Shown in pieces: positions 37,267-47,220 of a DNA stretch of 64,000 nt. This DNA is from Acidimicrobiia bacterium (GTDB lineage: Bacteria; Actinomycetota; Acidimicrobiia; Spongiisociales; UBA11373). The position numbers and the translations under genes are program-made. Under the pieces are notes generated by a model. That model saw only the letters and a list, made by a program, of their open reading frames with translations, searched no databases and was not told the origin of the DNA. The number at the start of each line of letters is the position of its first letter. Within the stretch, counting starts at the first letter, position 1. The stretch is taken from assembly GCA_016932695.1 (NCBI GenBank), contig JAFGCH010000143.1:4768-68767 (forward strand). Reading direction: 5' to 3'.

Positions 37267-37758
37267 ATGCGCATGCTCATCGCCACCGCCGGGGTGCTCA
37301 GCCCCGACTCCGTCGCCTACTTCGCCGAGCGCCTGGTCGGCCGGGAAGGGTCGGTGCGAGTCATCACCGTGATCGAGGTCCCGCGTTCTTTCCTCGATGA
37401 GATCCGCGGTGATGCCTGGCACCCGCTGAGCGAGGACAGCCCGCCATGGAGCTCCGAGGAGGACGCCCTCATCGCCCGCTACGTGGAGGAGCGGGGCCAT
37501 CGCCTGACCGATCCCCTGCTCGCCGCCTTGCGGGCGCGCGGCATCGAGGCGACCGTCACCTATCTCGAGGGGGAAGACCCGGCCGACACCATCCTGGCCG
37601 CCGCCGAGGAAATGCGAGCCGACGTCGTCGTCCTCGGCGCCACCAAGCACCTCTTTGCCGAGTGGGAGAGCGTCTCCGCCCGAGTGCTGCGAGATACCCG
37701 GCGGCCGGTGCTGGTGATCCCCGCCTCCCCCCGCCCCATAGACGAGCTGACCGAGTGA
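37267..37758 (+). CDS. Universal stress protein
   Basis: GEDPADTILAAAEEMRADVVVLGA...SVSARVLRD...PVLVIP. Confidence 0.85.
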   Translation: MRMLIATAGVLSPDSVAYFAERLVGREGSVRVITVIEVPRSFLDEIRGDAWHPLSEDSPPWSSEEDALIARYVEERGHRLTDPLLAALRARGIEATVTYLEGEDPADTILAAAEEMRADVVVLGATKHLFAEWESVSARVLRDTRRPVLVIPASPRPIDELTE

Positions 37759-38639
37759 GTCTCGACGCCCGCCGTACTCCGGAGGAGCGCTTCGCCGGGC
37801 TGCCCGACTTCCCCTTCGCACCGCACTATCTGGAGTGGGAGGGGCTGCGCCTGCACTACCTCGACGAGGGCTGCGGGGCGCCGGTGGTGCTCTTCCACGG
37901 CGAGCCCACCTGGTGCTTCCTGTACCGCCGCGTGGCGGGCGCCCTGGTAGCCGCCGGCTATCGGGTGATCGCCCCGGACTACCCGGGATTCGGCCGCTCC
38001 GACAAGCCGGTGGACCCCGCCTTCTACACCTACGACCGCCACACCGCCGCCGCGGCCGCCATCGTGGAGCACCTGGGCCTCGAAGGGGCGACGGCGGTGG
38101 TGCAGGACTGGGGTGGGCCCATAGGGTTGCGTCTAGCCGTGGAACGGGCCGGGTGGTTCACCCGCTTGGCGGTGCTCAACACCTCCCTCTTCACCGGGCC
38201 CCCGGCGGAAGGCTTCCTGCGCTGGCGGGCCTTCGCCTCCCGCCGGGAAGACCTCCCGGTAGGAGAGGTGATGCGCCGTTCCATGGTCACTCCCTGGGAC
38301 GAGGCGGTCGTCGCCGCCTACGAGGCGCCCTTCCCCGACGCCTCCTACAAGGCCGGGGTACAGCGCTTTCCCCAGATCGTGCCCCTCTCGCCGACCGACC
38401 CCGGGGCGAGCGAGATGCGCCGGGTCGAATCGGCCCTCGCCGCCTGGACCGGACCCGCCCTGGTGTTGTTCTCCACAGCCGACCCGATCTTCCCAGTGGA
38501 GGTCGGCCGCCGCTGGGCGGCCGCCATCCCCGGGGCAGGGCCGCTCGAAACCATCGAGGGCGCCGGCCACTTCCTGCAAGAGGACCGGGGTGACGAAGTC
38601 GGCTCCCGCCTGGTTGCCTTCCTGCGGCGGACCGATTGA
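37755..38639 (+). CDS. Haloalkane dehalogenase family hydrolase
   Basis: HGEPTW, QDWGG, GHFLQED. Confidence 0.9.
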   Translation: MSLDARRTPEERFAGLPDFPFAPHYLEWEGLRLHYLDEGCGAPVVLFHGEPTWCFLYRRVAGALVAAGYRVIAPDYPGFGRSDKPVDPAFYTYDRHTAAAAAIVEHLGLEGATAVVQDWGGPIGLRLAVERAGWFTRLAVLNTSLFTGPPAEGFLRWRAFASRREDLPVGEVMRRSMVTPWDEAVVAAYEAPFPDASYKAGVQRFPQIVPLSPTDPGASEMRRVESALAAWTGPALVLFSTADPIFPVEVGRRWAAAIPGAGPLETIEGAGHFLQEDRGDEVGSRLVAFLRRTD

Positions 38640-38643
38640 GGCC

Positions 38644-39189
38644 TCAGACCCCCAGCCAGGCGGCGAGAGCAGCGTAGGCCACTGCCGTGAACTCCTGAGG
38701 CCGGTGGCCCAGCAAGGTGATCACTTCCTCGCGCGGGTACCAGCGAGGCTCGGCCGTCTCCCCCGGAAGCGCCCGGGGCTCCCCGGCGGCCACACAGGCA
38801 AAGGTCACCAATAGGGCCGGGTAAGCCCCTTCGGCTCCGACCACGACGGCGGCCGGCTCCATCGCCCACACCGGCCAGTGGGGATGAACCTCCAGGCGCC
38901 GCCCGGCCCCGGCCATGGAGCGCACCTCGAGGCCGGTTTCCTCCGCTACCTCGCGCCGCAGCGCCTGTTCCGGCGTCTCCCCGGCCCGCCAGCGCCCGGT
39001 GGGAATTTCGAGCAAGCCCCGGACCACCTCGGGCTTGTCGCGGCGCTGCAGCAAGATGGCCGACCCCTCGGCGTCGGCCAGGACGATGGCGGCGATGTTG
39101 GGGACCACCAGTGCCTCCTCCTTCATGGAGGCCACCGGCGCCTGCACCCACTCCCGACCCGACCAGATCCTGACCCGGCCTGCGTTCAC
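38644..39189 (-). CDS. NUDIX hydrolase
   Basis: GRWRAGETPEQALRREVAEETGL Nudix box; start 39189 or 39210. Confidence 0.85.
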   Translation of the reverse strand: MNAGRVRIWSGREWVQAPVASMKEEALVVPNIAAIVLADAEGSAILLQRRDKPEVVRGLLEIPTGRWRAGETPEQALRREVAEETGLEVRSMAGAGRRLEVHPHWPVWAMEPAAVVVGAEGAYPALLVTFACVAAGEPRALPGETAEPRWYPREEVITLLGHRPQEFTAVAYAALAAWLGV

Positions 39190-39282
39190 CCTCGCCTCCT
39201 CACCCCACAAGGCCCCGGCCCTGCCCCGGGGACCCCGGAGACAAGCTAGCCGCAGCGCGGTCCGAAGGCGTAGAGTCGGGTC

Positions 39283-39666
39283 ATGACCGAGTTCACCGTG
39301 CGCCTCGCCAATCGCCCGGGAATGCTGGCCATGCTGGCCGAGCGTATCGCCTCGGCCGGGATCAACCTGGAAGCGCTCGCCGCCTACGGAATCGGTGAGG
39401 AGGCCCAGGTCCGCCTGATGGTGGATGACGCCGCCACGGCGCGCTCGGTGCTACGCCGCGCCGGCCTCGCCTTCGACGAACGGGAGATCCTGGTCACCAC
39501 CCTGCCGCACTCGCAGGGAGCGGTGGCGACCATGGCGCGCGCCCTGGCCGATGCCGGGGTGAACATCGACGCCATCTACCTGCTGCGCTGCTCGGCGGAG
39601 GGCATGGAGTTCGCCGTGGCAGTCGATGACCCCGATGCCGCCCGCCCCCGTCTGGCGATCCGGTGA
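39283..39666 (+). CDS. Tandem ACT-domain protein
   Basis: LANRPGMLAMLAERIASAGINLEA and a second GVNIDAIY repeat. Confidence 0.85.
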   Translation: MTEFTVRLANRPGMLAMLAERIASAGINLEALAAYGIGEEAQVRLMVDDAATARSVLRRAGLAFDEREILVTTLPHSQGAVATMARALADAGVNIDAIYLLRCSAEGMEFAVAVDDPDAARPRLAIR

Positions 39667-39686
39667 CGTTGCCGGCCCGCCGCGGG

Positions 39687-40403
39687 CTAAGGCCGCTGCG
39701 CCGCCATCCGGGCCGCCTGCCGTTCCAGGGTGTCGTCCAAAGGGGCCAACTCGAAGCCGGCACCGTGGCGCCGCCGCAGCGCCCGCGACAGCACTTCATC
39801 GGCAAAGGCCGGGTTCTTGGGCAGCAGTGAACCGTGCAGGTAAGTGCCGAAGCAGTTGCCGATGACCGCCCCCTCGTCGCGCCGGGTCTCGTTGTTGCCG
39901 TAGCCCTTCTTCACCCGGCCCAGCGGCTTCTGGCCGGGGTCCAGCCGGGTGCGCCCCGAGTGGTTCTCGAAACCGACCAGATCCCCCCATGGGGTGCCCA
40001 CCACCACGTTGCCGATCATCCGCTTGCGCCCCCCCACGGTGTCCATGGCGAAGACTCCGATGCCGGGGATCTCCTCGCCGGCCTGGGTCAGGAAGCGGCG
40101 CCCGAACAGTTGGTAGGTGCCGCAGATGGTGAGGAACACGGTGCCTGCCGCCACCGCCTCGTGCACCGCGTCGCGTCGCCGCTGCAGATCGGCGGCCACC
40201 TCCAGTTGGGAGCGGTCCTGTCCCCCGCCGCCGAAGACGATGTCGGCACCGGAGAAGTCGTACTCCTCCCCTACCGACACGGGCTCGACGCGAGCCGCCA
40301 GGCCCCGCCACTGCAGGCGCCGCTGCAACGCGATGACGTTTCCCGTGTCGCCGTAGATGTTCATCTCGTAGGGGTAGAGGTGGGCAACGACCAGGTCGCT
40401 CAC
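39687..40403 (-). CDS. gatD: Lipid II isoglutaminyl synthase glutaminase subunit (CobQ-like)
   Basis: HLYPYEMNIYGDTGN, GGGQD, ICGTYQL, FENH, YLHG. Confidence 0.9.
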   Translation of the reverse strand: MSDLVVAHLYPYEMNIYGDTGNVIALQRRLQWRGLAARVEPVSVGEEYDFSGADIVFGGGGQDRSQLEVAADLQRRRDAVHEAVAAGTVFLTICGTYQLFGRRFLTQAGEEIPGIGVFAMDTVGGRKRMIGNVVVGTPWGDLVGFENHSGRTRLDPGQKPLGRVKKGYGNNETRRDEGAVIGNCFGTYLHGSLLPKNPAFADEVLSRALRRRHGAGFELAPLDDTLERQAARMAAQRP

Positions 40404-41686
40404 GACCACACCTCCCGCTTGGCGGTACCCGGGCGCAAGAGGTCGAGGAAGCGCAGCATGGCGGTGTAGGTGGGGACCAGATAGCCGGTCCCCCCCTCCG
40501 GCACGCCGGCGAGGAAGCGCTCCAGGGCGGCGGGGAAGCCGGTCTCGCTCCACGCCTGCAGCCCGGCGTACTTCAGGCGCAGGGCCATGTCGTAGGCGCG
40601 AATGCCGGCGGTACCGAAGCGGTGCCCGCTGCCGGCGAGGTCCTCTACCCGGGCGTCCCACAGCCAGGACACGTCGCGGCCGTCGGCATCGAGATCGTTG
40701 ATGGCCATCAGCACCTCCGCCCCGGGGGACAGGGCGGTAAGGAGGCGGATGGCTTGGTTGAACCCGGCCGGGTTCTTCACCAGCAGCAGCTTGACCCTCC
40801 GGCCGCGGTACTCCACCACCTGGCCCCGACCGAAGGCCGGCGGGGTGCTCTCCAGAGCCCCTGCCGCTCGGCCGAGCGGCACCCCAAACTCGGCAGCGGC
40901 CAGCGCCGCCGCGGCGGCGTTGTACCCGTTGTACACCCCGGGCACTTGCAGCCGCACAACCGCCCGCTCCCCGGAAGCCGAGGCCAACTCCACCAACTGG
41001 CCGTCCCCCTCCGCCTCGGCCCTCTCCAGGCTCAAGTCCAGCAAGGCCGGCGCGGCCGCCTCGGTGCGGGTCCCGTAGAGCGACGAGTCGGGCGGCATCG
41101 CCCGGCGAATCGGGGCCGCGGCTCCGAAGAATCGCGCTGCGGCCGCCCCGGCAGCCATCTCGACGACCAGCGGATCGTCGGCGTTGAGCACCGCGATCGC
41201 GGCGTGGCGGACGGCGGCGGCAGCATGAGAGGCGGTGGTGGCCAGTTCGCCGAAACGGTCCAGCTGGTCCCGAGCCATGTTGGTCACCACCAGCACCTGC
41301 GGCCGCAGACGCGGCGCCAGCGGGCGGACCGCGGCCTCGTCGACCTCGAACACGGCGACGTCGGCTTCCAACCGCCCCCGCCACGAAGCCACCTCGAGGA
41401 GCCGGCTGGCGATGCCCCGAGCCAGGTTCGAGCCGGTGGGGTTGGTGATCACCGTGAGGCCCTCACCCTCGAGCATGGCCACCAGCATCTTGGTGGTGGT
41501 GGTCTTGCCGTTGGTCCCGGTCACCACCACCACACCCCGCCGCACTGCGGCCACCAGGCGTTCGATGAGGCGCGGGTCCACCTTCTCGGCCACCAGGCCG
41601 GGAAGCGCCGAGCCGCCCCGTCCCAGCAGGCGGCTCAGCCGCCCGGTGAGGCGTCCCAGAGCACACGCCGCCATCAGCCGAAGCAC
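40400..41686 (-). CDS. murT: Lipid II isoglutaminyl synthase Mur-ligase subunit
   Basis: TGTNGKTTT, GSNL, EVDE, RDQLDRFGE, LVKNPAG, DGRDVSWLWD. Confidence 0.9.
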   Translation of the reverse strand: MLRLMAACALGRLTGRLSRLLGRGGSALPGLVAEKVDPRLIERLVAAVRRGVVVVTGTNGKTTTTKMLVAMLEGEGLTVITNPTGSNLARGIASRLLEVASWRGRLEADVAVFEVDEAAVRPLAPRLRPQVLVVTNMARDQLDRFGELATTASHAAAAVRHAAIAVLNADDPLVVEMAAGAAAARFFGAAAPIRRAMPPDSSLYGTRTEAAAPALLDLSLERAEAEGDGQLVELASASGERAVVRLQVPGVYNGYNAAAAALAAAEFGVPLGRAAGALESTPPAFGRGQVVEYRGRRVKLLLVKNPAGFNQAIRLLTALSPGAEVLMAINDLDADGRDVSWLWDARVEDLAGSGHRFGTAGIRAYDMALRLKYAGLQAWSETGFPAALERFLAGVPEGGTGYLVPTYTAMLRFLDLLRPGTAKREVWS

Positions 41687-41794
41687 GCCGGGACTCTACC
41701 CGCGAGGGTGCCTTGCGCCGGCCGGCCTCGCTCCCGCCGGTCGCCTAGTTTGGGCACCGACCGCGGCGCGGCCGCGGCAACCGCAGAGGAGGCC

Positions 41795-42925
41795 ATGGTC
41801 GACGAGGAGGCACCGGGGCTCTGGCGGCGCACCCCGCGCCCCTGGCACGGGATGACGCCGGCGGTTTGGTGGCGCCTGCTCGCCCGCCACCGCTTCCGCA
41901 TCTCTCCCGGCCGCTGGCCGCTGGCCCTAACCGTGACCCTGGTGACGGCCGCCAACGCGGTCCCCGCCTTGCTGCAGCGAGCCCGGCGCGGAGAGCAGAT
42001 CGCCCGCACCGAGATCGACCCCCCGCCGCTGTTCATCATCGGCCACTGGCGCAGCGGCACCACCCTGTTGCACGAGTTGCTCTCTCTCGATCCTCAGTTC
42101 CGCTGTCCCACCACCTACCAGTGCATGGCCCCCGGCCACTTCCTCCTCACCGAGCGGGCTCTGGCGCGGCGCCTCGGCTTCCTCCTCCCCGAGCACCGAC
42201 CCCTGGACGACATGCGCCTGGGCTGGGAGCTGCCGCAGGAGGACGAGTTCGCCCTCGCCAACCTGGGCGCCCTCAGCCCCTACCACGCCTGGGCCTTCCC
42301 CCGCAGCAGCGGAGACTGGGAGGCGACCCTCGACCCGCGTTCGTTCCCTCCCGCCGAGCGGGAGCATTGGCAGCAGGCCCTGCTTGCCTTCCTGCAGGCG
42401 GTGACCCTCGCCGGGCCGGGCCGCCTCGCCCTCAAGTCCCCGCCCCACACCGCCCGCCTGGGTCTCCTGGCCGAGATGTTCCCCCGAGCCTGCTTCGTCC
42501 ACACCGTCCGCCACCCCCTCGCCATGGTGCCTTCTTACCTCACCGCCTGGCGGCGCATGGCGGCCGCGGTGGGCCTCCAAACCGGGGAGCGGCCCGACCT
42601 CGACGGCGCTCTCCTGCGCCTGGGCGCCGGCCTGTACCGGGGCTTCGCTGCCGACCGCCGGAGTCTCGACCCCGCCCGAATGGTCGAGATCCGCTACGAG
42701 GACCTGGCCGCCGACCCTGCCGCCCAACTGGCCCGCATCTACCACCACTTCGGTTTCCCCAACACCCCCGACCTTGCCGGACTGGTCGCGGCCTACCGGG
42801 CCCGGGTGGGCCCCTATCGGCCGGCCCGCCACCGCCCCTCCCCGGCGCTGTGCGCCGCCATAACCCCCTTGTGGGCTGAATACGCGGCGCGCTACGACTA
42901 CGCCCTCGGCGTGCCTCCTGCCTAA
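41795..42925 (+). CDS. Sulfotransferase (Sulfotransfer_3 / Stf3-like)
   Basis: GHWRSGTTLLHELL PAPS-binding loop, PQEDE, LKSPPHT, RYEDL; GAGGAGG RBS. Confidence 0.85.
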   Translation: MVDEEAPGLWRRTPRPWHGMTPAVWWRLLARHRFRISPGRWPLALTVTLVTAANAVPALLQRARRGEQIARTEIDPPPLFIIGHWRSGTTLLHELLSLDPQFRCPTTYQCMAPGHFLLTERALARRLGFLLPEHRPLDDMRLGWELPQEDEFALANLGALSPYHAWAFPRSSGDWEATLDPRSFPPAEREHWQQALLAFLQAVTLAGPGRLALKSPPHTARLGLLAEMFPRACFVHTVRHPLAMVPSYLTAWRRMAAAVGLQTGERPDLDGALLRLGAGLYRGFAADRRSLDPARMVEIRYEDLAADPAAQLARIYHHFGFPNTPDLAGLVAAYRARVGPYRPARHRPSPALCAAITPLWAEYAARYDYALGVPPA

Positions 42926-42938
42926 CGCCCGGCGCGCC

Positions 42939-42962
42939 GGGAGGGCCCCAACGGGCCCTCCC
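42939..42962. terminator. Hairpin between convergent genes
   Basis: GGGAGGGCCC-CAAC-GGGCCCTCCC, 10-bp stem. Confidence 0.65.
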
Positions 42963-42983
42963 GCCATCAGCGCCGGGGGAGCA

Positions 42984-43610
42984 TCAGGCGCCGAGTTGGC
43001 TCACTCCGTCTTCCATAAAGGGGCCACCGATGCCGCCGAAGCCGCGGCGGCCTTGCCGGAAGCCGGGACCGCCCCTGAGCGGCCGCTCGATTTCGCCGTT
43101 GACCAGAGCGGTGAGGCGCTCGGTGGCCCGCGCCAGCATGTCCTCCTTCTGCTCCTCGGTAATCCGGCCGTCGGCGACGAGTCCGTCGAGGTGCTCCGCG
43201 GCCAGGCCCACCAGGTGGTCGATCAAGGCCTCGGCCGTCTTGCCCTGAGCCGACGCGATGTCGGCCAGGGTCTGGCCGTCGCGCAGTGCCTCGCCGATCT
43301 CCTGCGGCGTCAGCCCGAGAAACTCGGCCGCGGCGCGCGCCGCGTCGAGGCCGCGGGCCATGGGGCCGTGAGGCCGGGGCAGCGCCTCGGCAAGGGTCTC
43401 GGCCACCGCGTTCGCCTGGCCCTGGTCGATGGTGCCGTCCTCCACCAGAGGCACCAGCCACTCGACGATCTTGTCGCGCAGCGGCGACGCGTCGGTGCTC
43501 GTCTCGTCGAATACGGAGTCCTCCTCGGACTGCGCCAGGGCAACGCCCGTCATGGTCAGCGCCGCCACCACCAGCAGCATGGCGCCGATCTTGAGGGTCT
43601 GTTTCAACAC
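42984..43610 (-). CDS. Secreted hypothetical helical protein
   Basis: Signal peptide ending ALA; AAEFLGLT...GQTLADIA...DGRITEEQ repeats; Gly-rich tail; AGGAGG RBS. Confidence 0.75.
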   Translation of the reverse strand: MLKQTLKIGAMLLVVAALTMTGVALAQSEEDSVFDETSTDASPLRDKIVEWLVPLVEDGTIDQGQANAVAETLAEALPRPHGPMARGLDAARAAAEFLGLTPQEIGEALRDGQTLADIASAQGKTAEALIDHLVGLAAEHLDGLVADGRITEEQKEDMLARATERLTALVNGEIERPLRGGPGFRQGRRGFGGIGGPFMEDGVSQLGA

Positions 43611-43674
43611 GACCTCCTAGGTTCGTTACACCCACAGCATGGGGCCGGCCTGTTCGAGAAGCGTAAGGACCGGT

Positions 43675-45585
43675 TCAATCTTCCGCGACGCGGAACTGGG
43701 TCTCGTAGAGCCGGGCATACAGGCCGCCGCGCCCCAGCAGCACGGGATGGCTGCCCTCCTCGACGATGCGGCCCCCGTCCAGCACCAGGATGCGGTCGGC
43801 GGCCAGGATGGTGGACAGGCGGTGGGCGATGACGAACGAGGTCCGCCCCGCCAGCACCCGTTCCAGGGCCTGACGGATGAGGGCTTCGGAATGAGCGTCG
43901 AGGTGGGCGGTGGCCTCGTCGAGGATCAGGATGCGAGGGTCTTTGAGCACCACCCGGGCGATGGCCACCCGCTGCTTCTCCCCGCCCGAGAGGCGGTAGC
44001 CGCGCTCGCCCACGACCGTCTGGTACCCCCCGGGCAGCGCGGCAATGAAGTCGTGGATGTTGGCCACCCGGCAGGCCTGCTCCAATTCGTCATCTTCTGC
44101 CCGGGGTCGCGCATAGCGCAGGTTGGCCGCCAGGGTGTCGTGGAACAGGTAGGTCTCCTGAGTCACCACCCCGATACCGCGGGCCAGGCTCTCGAGGGTC
44201 ACGGTGCGCACGTCGCGCCCGTCGATGAGCACCCGCCCCGAAGTGGCTTCGTAGAGGCGGGGGATCAGCCAGGACACGGTGGTTTTGCCCGCCCCGCTGG
44301 GGCCTACCAGCGCGATCAACTCCCCGGGGGCCACGTCGAAGGACACGTCGGCCAGGGCCGGTGTGGCGCGCGACCGGGCCGGGGCGACCCGGTCTGCCGG
44401 CTCGCGGGGGATGTTCCAGGAGAACCGACGCACATGGGCCAGGCCCTCGGCCGCCGCCTGCCGGTAGTCGAAGGTCACCCGCTCGAAGGTGACCCGACCT
44501 TCGAGGGGATCGAGCGGCACCGCATCCGGAGCATCGGCGATGTCGTGGGGCAGGTCGAGCACCTCGAAGACCCGCTCGAAGGAGACCAGCGAAGTGGCCA
44601 GTTCCACGCGGGCATTGGTGAGAGCGGTGAGCGGCCCGTAGAGGCCGGCGAGGTAGGCGGAGAGAGCTACCACGGTGCCCACCGTCAGCGAGCCCCGGAT
44701 GACCAAGACCGCTCCGAGCCAGAAAACCAGGGCGGTGCCCACCGCGCCCGCCACGCTCAGCGCGGTGAAGAACCACCGCCCTACCAGGGCGCGACGCACC
44801 CCCAGGTCGCGAGCGGCGGCCGCATCCCGGCGATAGCGGGCATCCTCGTCGGCGTTGCGGGCGAAGAGCTTGACCAGCAGGGCGCCGCTGAGGTTGAGGG
44901 TCTCGTTCAGCGTGTTGTTCATCCCGGCGTTGGCGTCCATCTGCTCCCGGGTCACCCGGCGCAACACCCGGCCCACCTGGCGGGACGGGAAGATGAAGAG
45001 CGGCAGGATGGCCAGCGCCGCCAGGGTGAGGCGCCACTCCAGGCGCAGCATCACCACCAGGGTCGCCCCGGCGGTGAACACATTGGAGGCCACGGTGACC
45101 ATGGTCCCGGTGATGGCTTGCTGAGCCCCCACCACGTCGCTGTTGAGACGCGACATCAGCTCTCCCGGCCGGGCACCCGTGAAGAAGGCCAGCGACATGC
45201 GCTGCAGGTGGGAGAAGAGCGCCGTGCGCAGGTCGAAGATGATCCCCTCACCCGCCCGGGCCGAGGCCCAGCGCTGCGCCACGCCGATCAGGCCGTTGAC
45301 CAGAGGCACCGCCACCATGCCCAGCCCCAGCAGCGTCACCCGGCCCAGCGCACTCTCGGGGATGGCTCGGTCTATCAGGTCGCGCATCAGCAGGGGCGGA
45401 GCCAGGCCCACCAGCGTGCTGGCGACAATGGTGGCCAGCACCAGCCACAGCAGCCGGCTATAGGGCCGGGCGTATGCCAGGACCCGGCGCGCCAGGCGCC
45501 GATCCATCGCCGGCCGGTCCTGCTCCTCGTCGTACTCGAGGTAGGACCGCCATCCGGCCCCGCGTCCGCCACCGGGCTGCATCAC
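43675..45585 (-). CDS. ABC exporter, fused permease and ATPase
   Basis: TM domain; GPSGAGKT, LSGGEKQR, LDEAT, AHRLST. Confidence 0.93.
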   Translation of the reverse strand: MMQPGGGRGAGWRSYLEYDEEQDRPAMDRRLARRVLAYARPYSRLLWLVLATIVASTLVGLAPPLLMRDLIDRAIPESALGRVTLLGLGMVAVPLVNGLIGVAQRWASARAGEGIIFDLRTALFSHLQRMSLAFFTGARPGELMSRLNSDVVGAQQAITGTMVTVASNVFTAGATLVVMLRLEWRLTLAALAILPLFIFPSRQVGRVLRRVTREQMDANAGMNNTLNETLNLSGALLVKLFARNADEDARYRRDAAAARDLGVRRALVGRWFFTALSVAGAVGTALVFWLGAVLVIRGSLTVGTVVALSAYLAGLYGPLTALTNARVELATSLVSFERVFEVLDLPHDIADAPDAVPLDPLEGRVTFERVTFDYRQAAAEGLAHVRRFSWNIPREPADRVAPARSRATPALADVSFDVAPGELIALVGPSGAGKTTVSWLIPRLYEATSGRVLIDGRDVRTVTLESLARGIGVVTQETYLFHDTLAANLRYARPRAEDDELEQACRVANIHDFIAALPGGYQTVVGERGYRLSGGEKQRVAIARVVLKDPRILILDEATAHLDAHSEALIRQALERVLAGRTSFVIAHRLSTILAADRILVLDGGRIVEEGSHPVLLGRGGLYARLYETQFRVAED

Positions 45586-45640
45586 CGCCTCCTGGTCGCC
45601 CTCAGGCTATCCACCGGCCGGGCCCGGCCCGACGTCGCCG

Positions 45641-46351
45641 TCAACCCCCGGACCGGGAGGGCAGAGCGGAGAGCAGTTGCAGCGAGGTCAAGGCCTCGGC
45701 CATGGCGAAGCACGATTCCTCGCTGATGCCTCGCCGGCAGAACAGCTGGTACACGTAGTCGCCCGCTGCCCAGGCCAGCTCCCGCCCGTCGTTCGTCTGG
45801 AAAGTAGAGATGCCCTCCGAAGCCTCGCCGCCCAGAGCGGAGCGCAGCCCCACCCGCAGGACGACCAGTTGTCCCTCGACCCGCGGCACGGTATAGGGCT
45901 CGGCGGTCCACAGCCCGAACGCCGCCGCCGTGCCTACGTCCAGGGTGCCGGTCTGCAGGTCGTAAACCAATTGGCTGGAGATGTGGGAGACCTTCTCCGG
46001 TATCAGGCGGGGGAATTCGATGCCCGGCAGGGCGGCGGCGATCTCGGCCCGCCCTGCCTGGATGTAGGGATCCACCCCGTCGCCGCGCTGCCACACCCGC
46101 CGCACCACCATGTCCGACGTCTCCCCCGAGATCACCGGGTACTGGTCGTTCACCCAGGTCACGTCCGAGGAGAGCCCGACCAGCGGCATGCCCCCTCCGG
46201 GCTGGGGCAGCGTGGTGGTGGTGGTGCTGGTGGTGGAGCCGCCGTGGATCACGTCGCGCGACAGGTCGCCCACGCCCTCGAGGATGTCGCCGCAGCCGGC
46301 CGCCGCCAGGGCGGCCAGCGTGGTGATGATGAGGAGGCGACGCCGGTGCAT
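45641..46351 (-). CDS. Hypothetical lipoprotein
   Basis: MHRRR...ALAAAGC lipobox and Thr linker. Confidence 0.7.
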   Translation of the reverse strand: MHRRRLLIITTLAALAAAGCGDILEGVGDLSRDVIHGGSTTSTTTTTLPQPGGGMPLVGLSSDVTWVNDQYPVISGETSDMVVRRVWQRGDGVDPYIQAGRAEIAAALPGIEFPRLIPEKVSHISSQLVYDLQTGTLDVGTAAAFGLWTAEPYTVPRVEGQLVVLRVGLRSALGGEASEGISTFQTNDGRELAWAAGDYVYQLFCRRGISEESCFAMAEALTSLQLLSALPSRSGG

Positions 46352-46455
46352 AGTGCGGGCAGAAGGCAAGGGGCCCGGGTTGATTATGGTCCCCCTCCCG
46401 GGAAAGCCGGGGAGGGGACGGCGCAGGAGCCGCCGCCCGGTAGCCTGCCGCCGGC

Positions 46456-47211
46456 ATGCCCCGGCGAACCTTGCTGCTCTACCGGGAGGGCTTCCCCTCC
46501 CGACCCCGGTTCGACACGGCGGTTTCCCGCGCCCTGCTCGAGGCGGCGGCGAGCGGCCGCGCCCCCGAGTCGTTCCGCCTGTTCGTGCCGGGGCGGGTAC
46601 TGGCGTTCGGGACGCGCGACGTCACCCATCCCGGCTATGCACGGGCCGCCGCCGCCGCCCGGGCCCAGGGCTTCCCCCCGCTCGAGCGCCTTGCCGGGGG
46701 GCGGGCCGCCGTCTTCCACGAGGAGACGCTGGCCTTCGCCTGGGCGGTGCCCGACCCCGAGCCGCGACACACCATCCACGACCGGTACCGGGCACTGGCC
46801 GCTCTCGTCGTCGAGGCGCTGCACACCCTGGGAGTGGATGCCCGAGTCGGCGAGGTACCCGGGGAGTACTGCCCCGGGGAGTACAGCGTCAACTACGGGG
46901 GCCGGCGCAAGCTCATGGGAGTGGGCCAGCGCCTGGTAGCCGGGGCGGCCCACGTGGGCGGCGTGGTGGTGGCGGGCCGACCCGATCTGGTCAACCGGGC
47001 CCTGGCCCCCGTCTACACCTCCCTCGGCTTCGAGTGGGACCCGGGGGTCACGGGGAGCGTGGCCGACACCGTACCCGCCGATCTCCCTGCGGTGACCGAG
47101 TCGCTGGTAGCGGCCCTCCGGTCGCGTCACGAGGTAGTCGAGGCCTTGTTGCCTCCGGAGATCCTGCAGCGAGCCGAGGCCCTGGCCGCCCCCGCCCGGC
47201 CACCCCGATAG
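46456..47211 (+). CDS. Lipoate-protein ligase A family (BPL/LplA/LipB) protein
   Basis: RLAGGRAAVFH, YCPGEYSV, RKLMGVGQR. Confidence 0.82.
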   Translation: MPRRTLLLYREGFPSRPRFDTAVSRALLEAAASGRAPESFRLFVPGRVLAFGTRDVTHPGYARAAAAARAQGFPPLERLAGGRAAVFHEETLAFAWAVPDPEPRHTIHDRYRALAALVVEALHTLGVDARVGEVPGEYCPGEYSVNYGGRRKLMGVGQRLVAGAAHVGGVVVAGRPDLVNRALAPVYTSLGFEWDPGVTGSVADTVPADLPAVTESLVAALRSRHEVVEALLPPEILQRAEALAAPARPPR

Positions 47212-47220
47212 CCTGGGGCC

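Noticed and set aside
27196-39189. lhr, NERD-like, UDG-like and NUDIX genes as one DNA-repair system
   Set aside because: Spread over 12 kb in mixed orientations with unrelated genes between them; no shared SOS box seen
1680-46240. ACC/GGT-rich tandem tracts at about 1690, 16370 and 46210
   Set aside because: They encode Thr/Ser linkers of lipoproteins and are not DNA repeat elements
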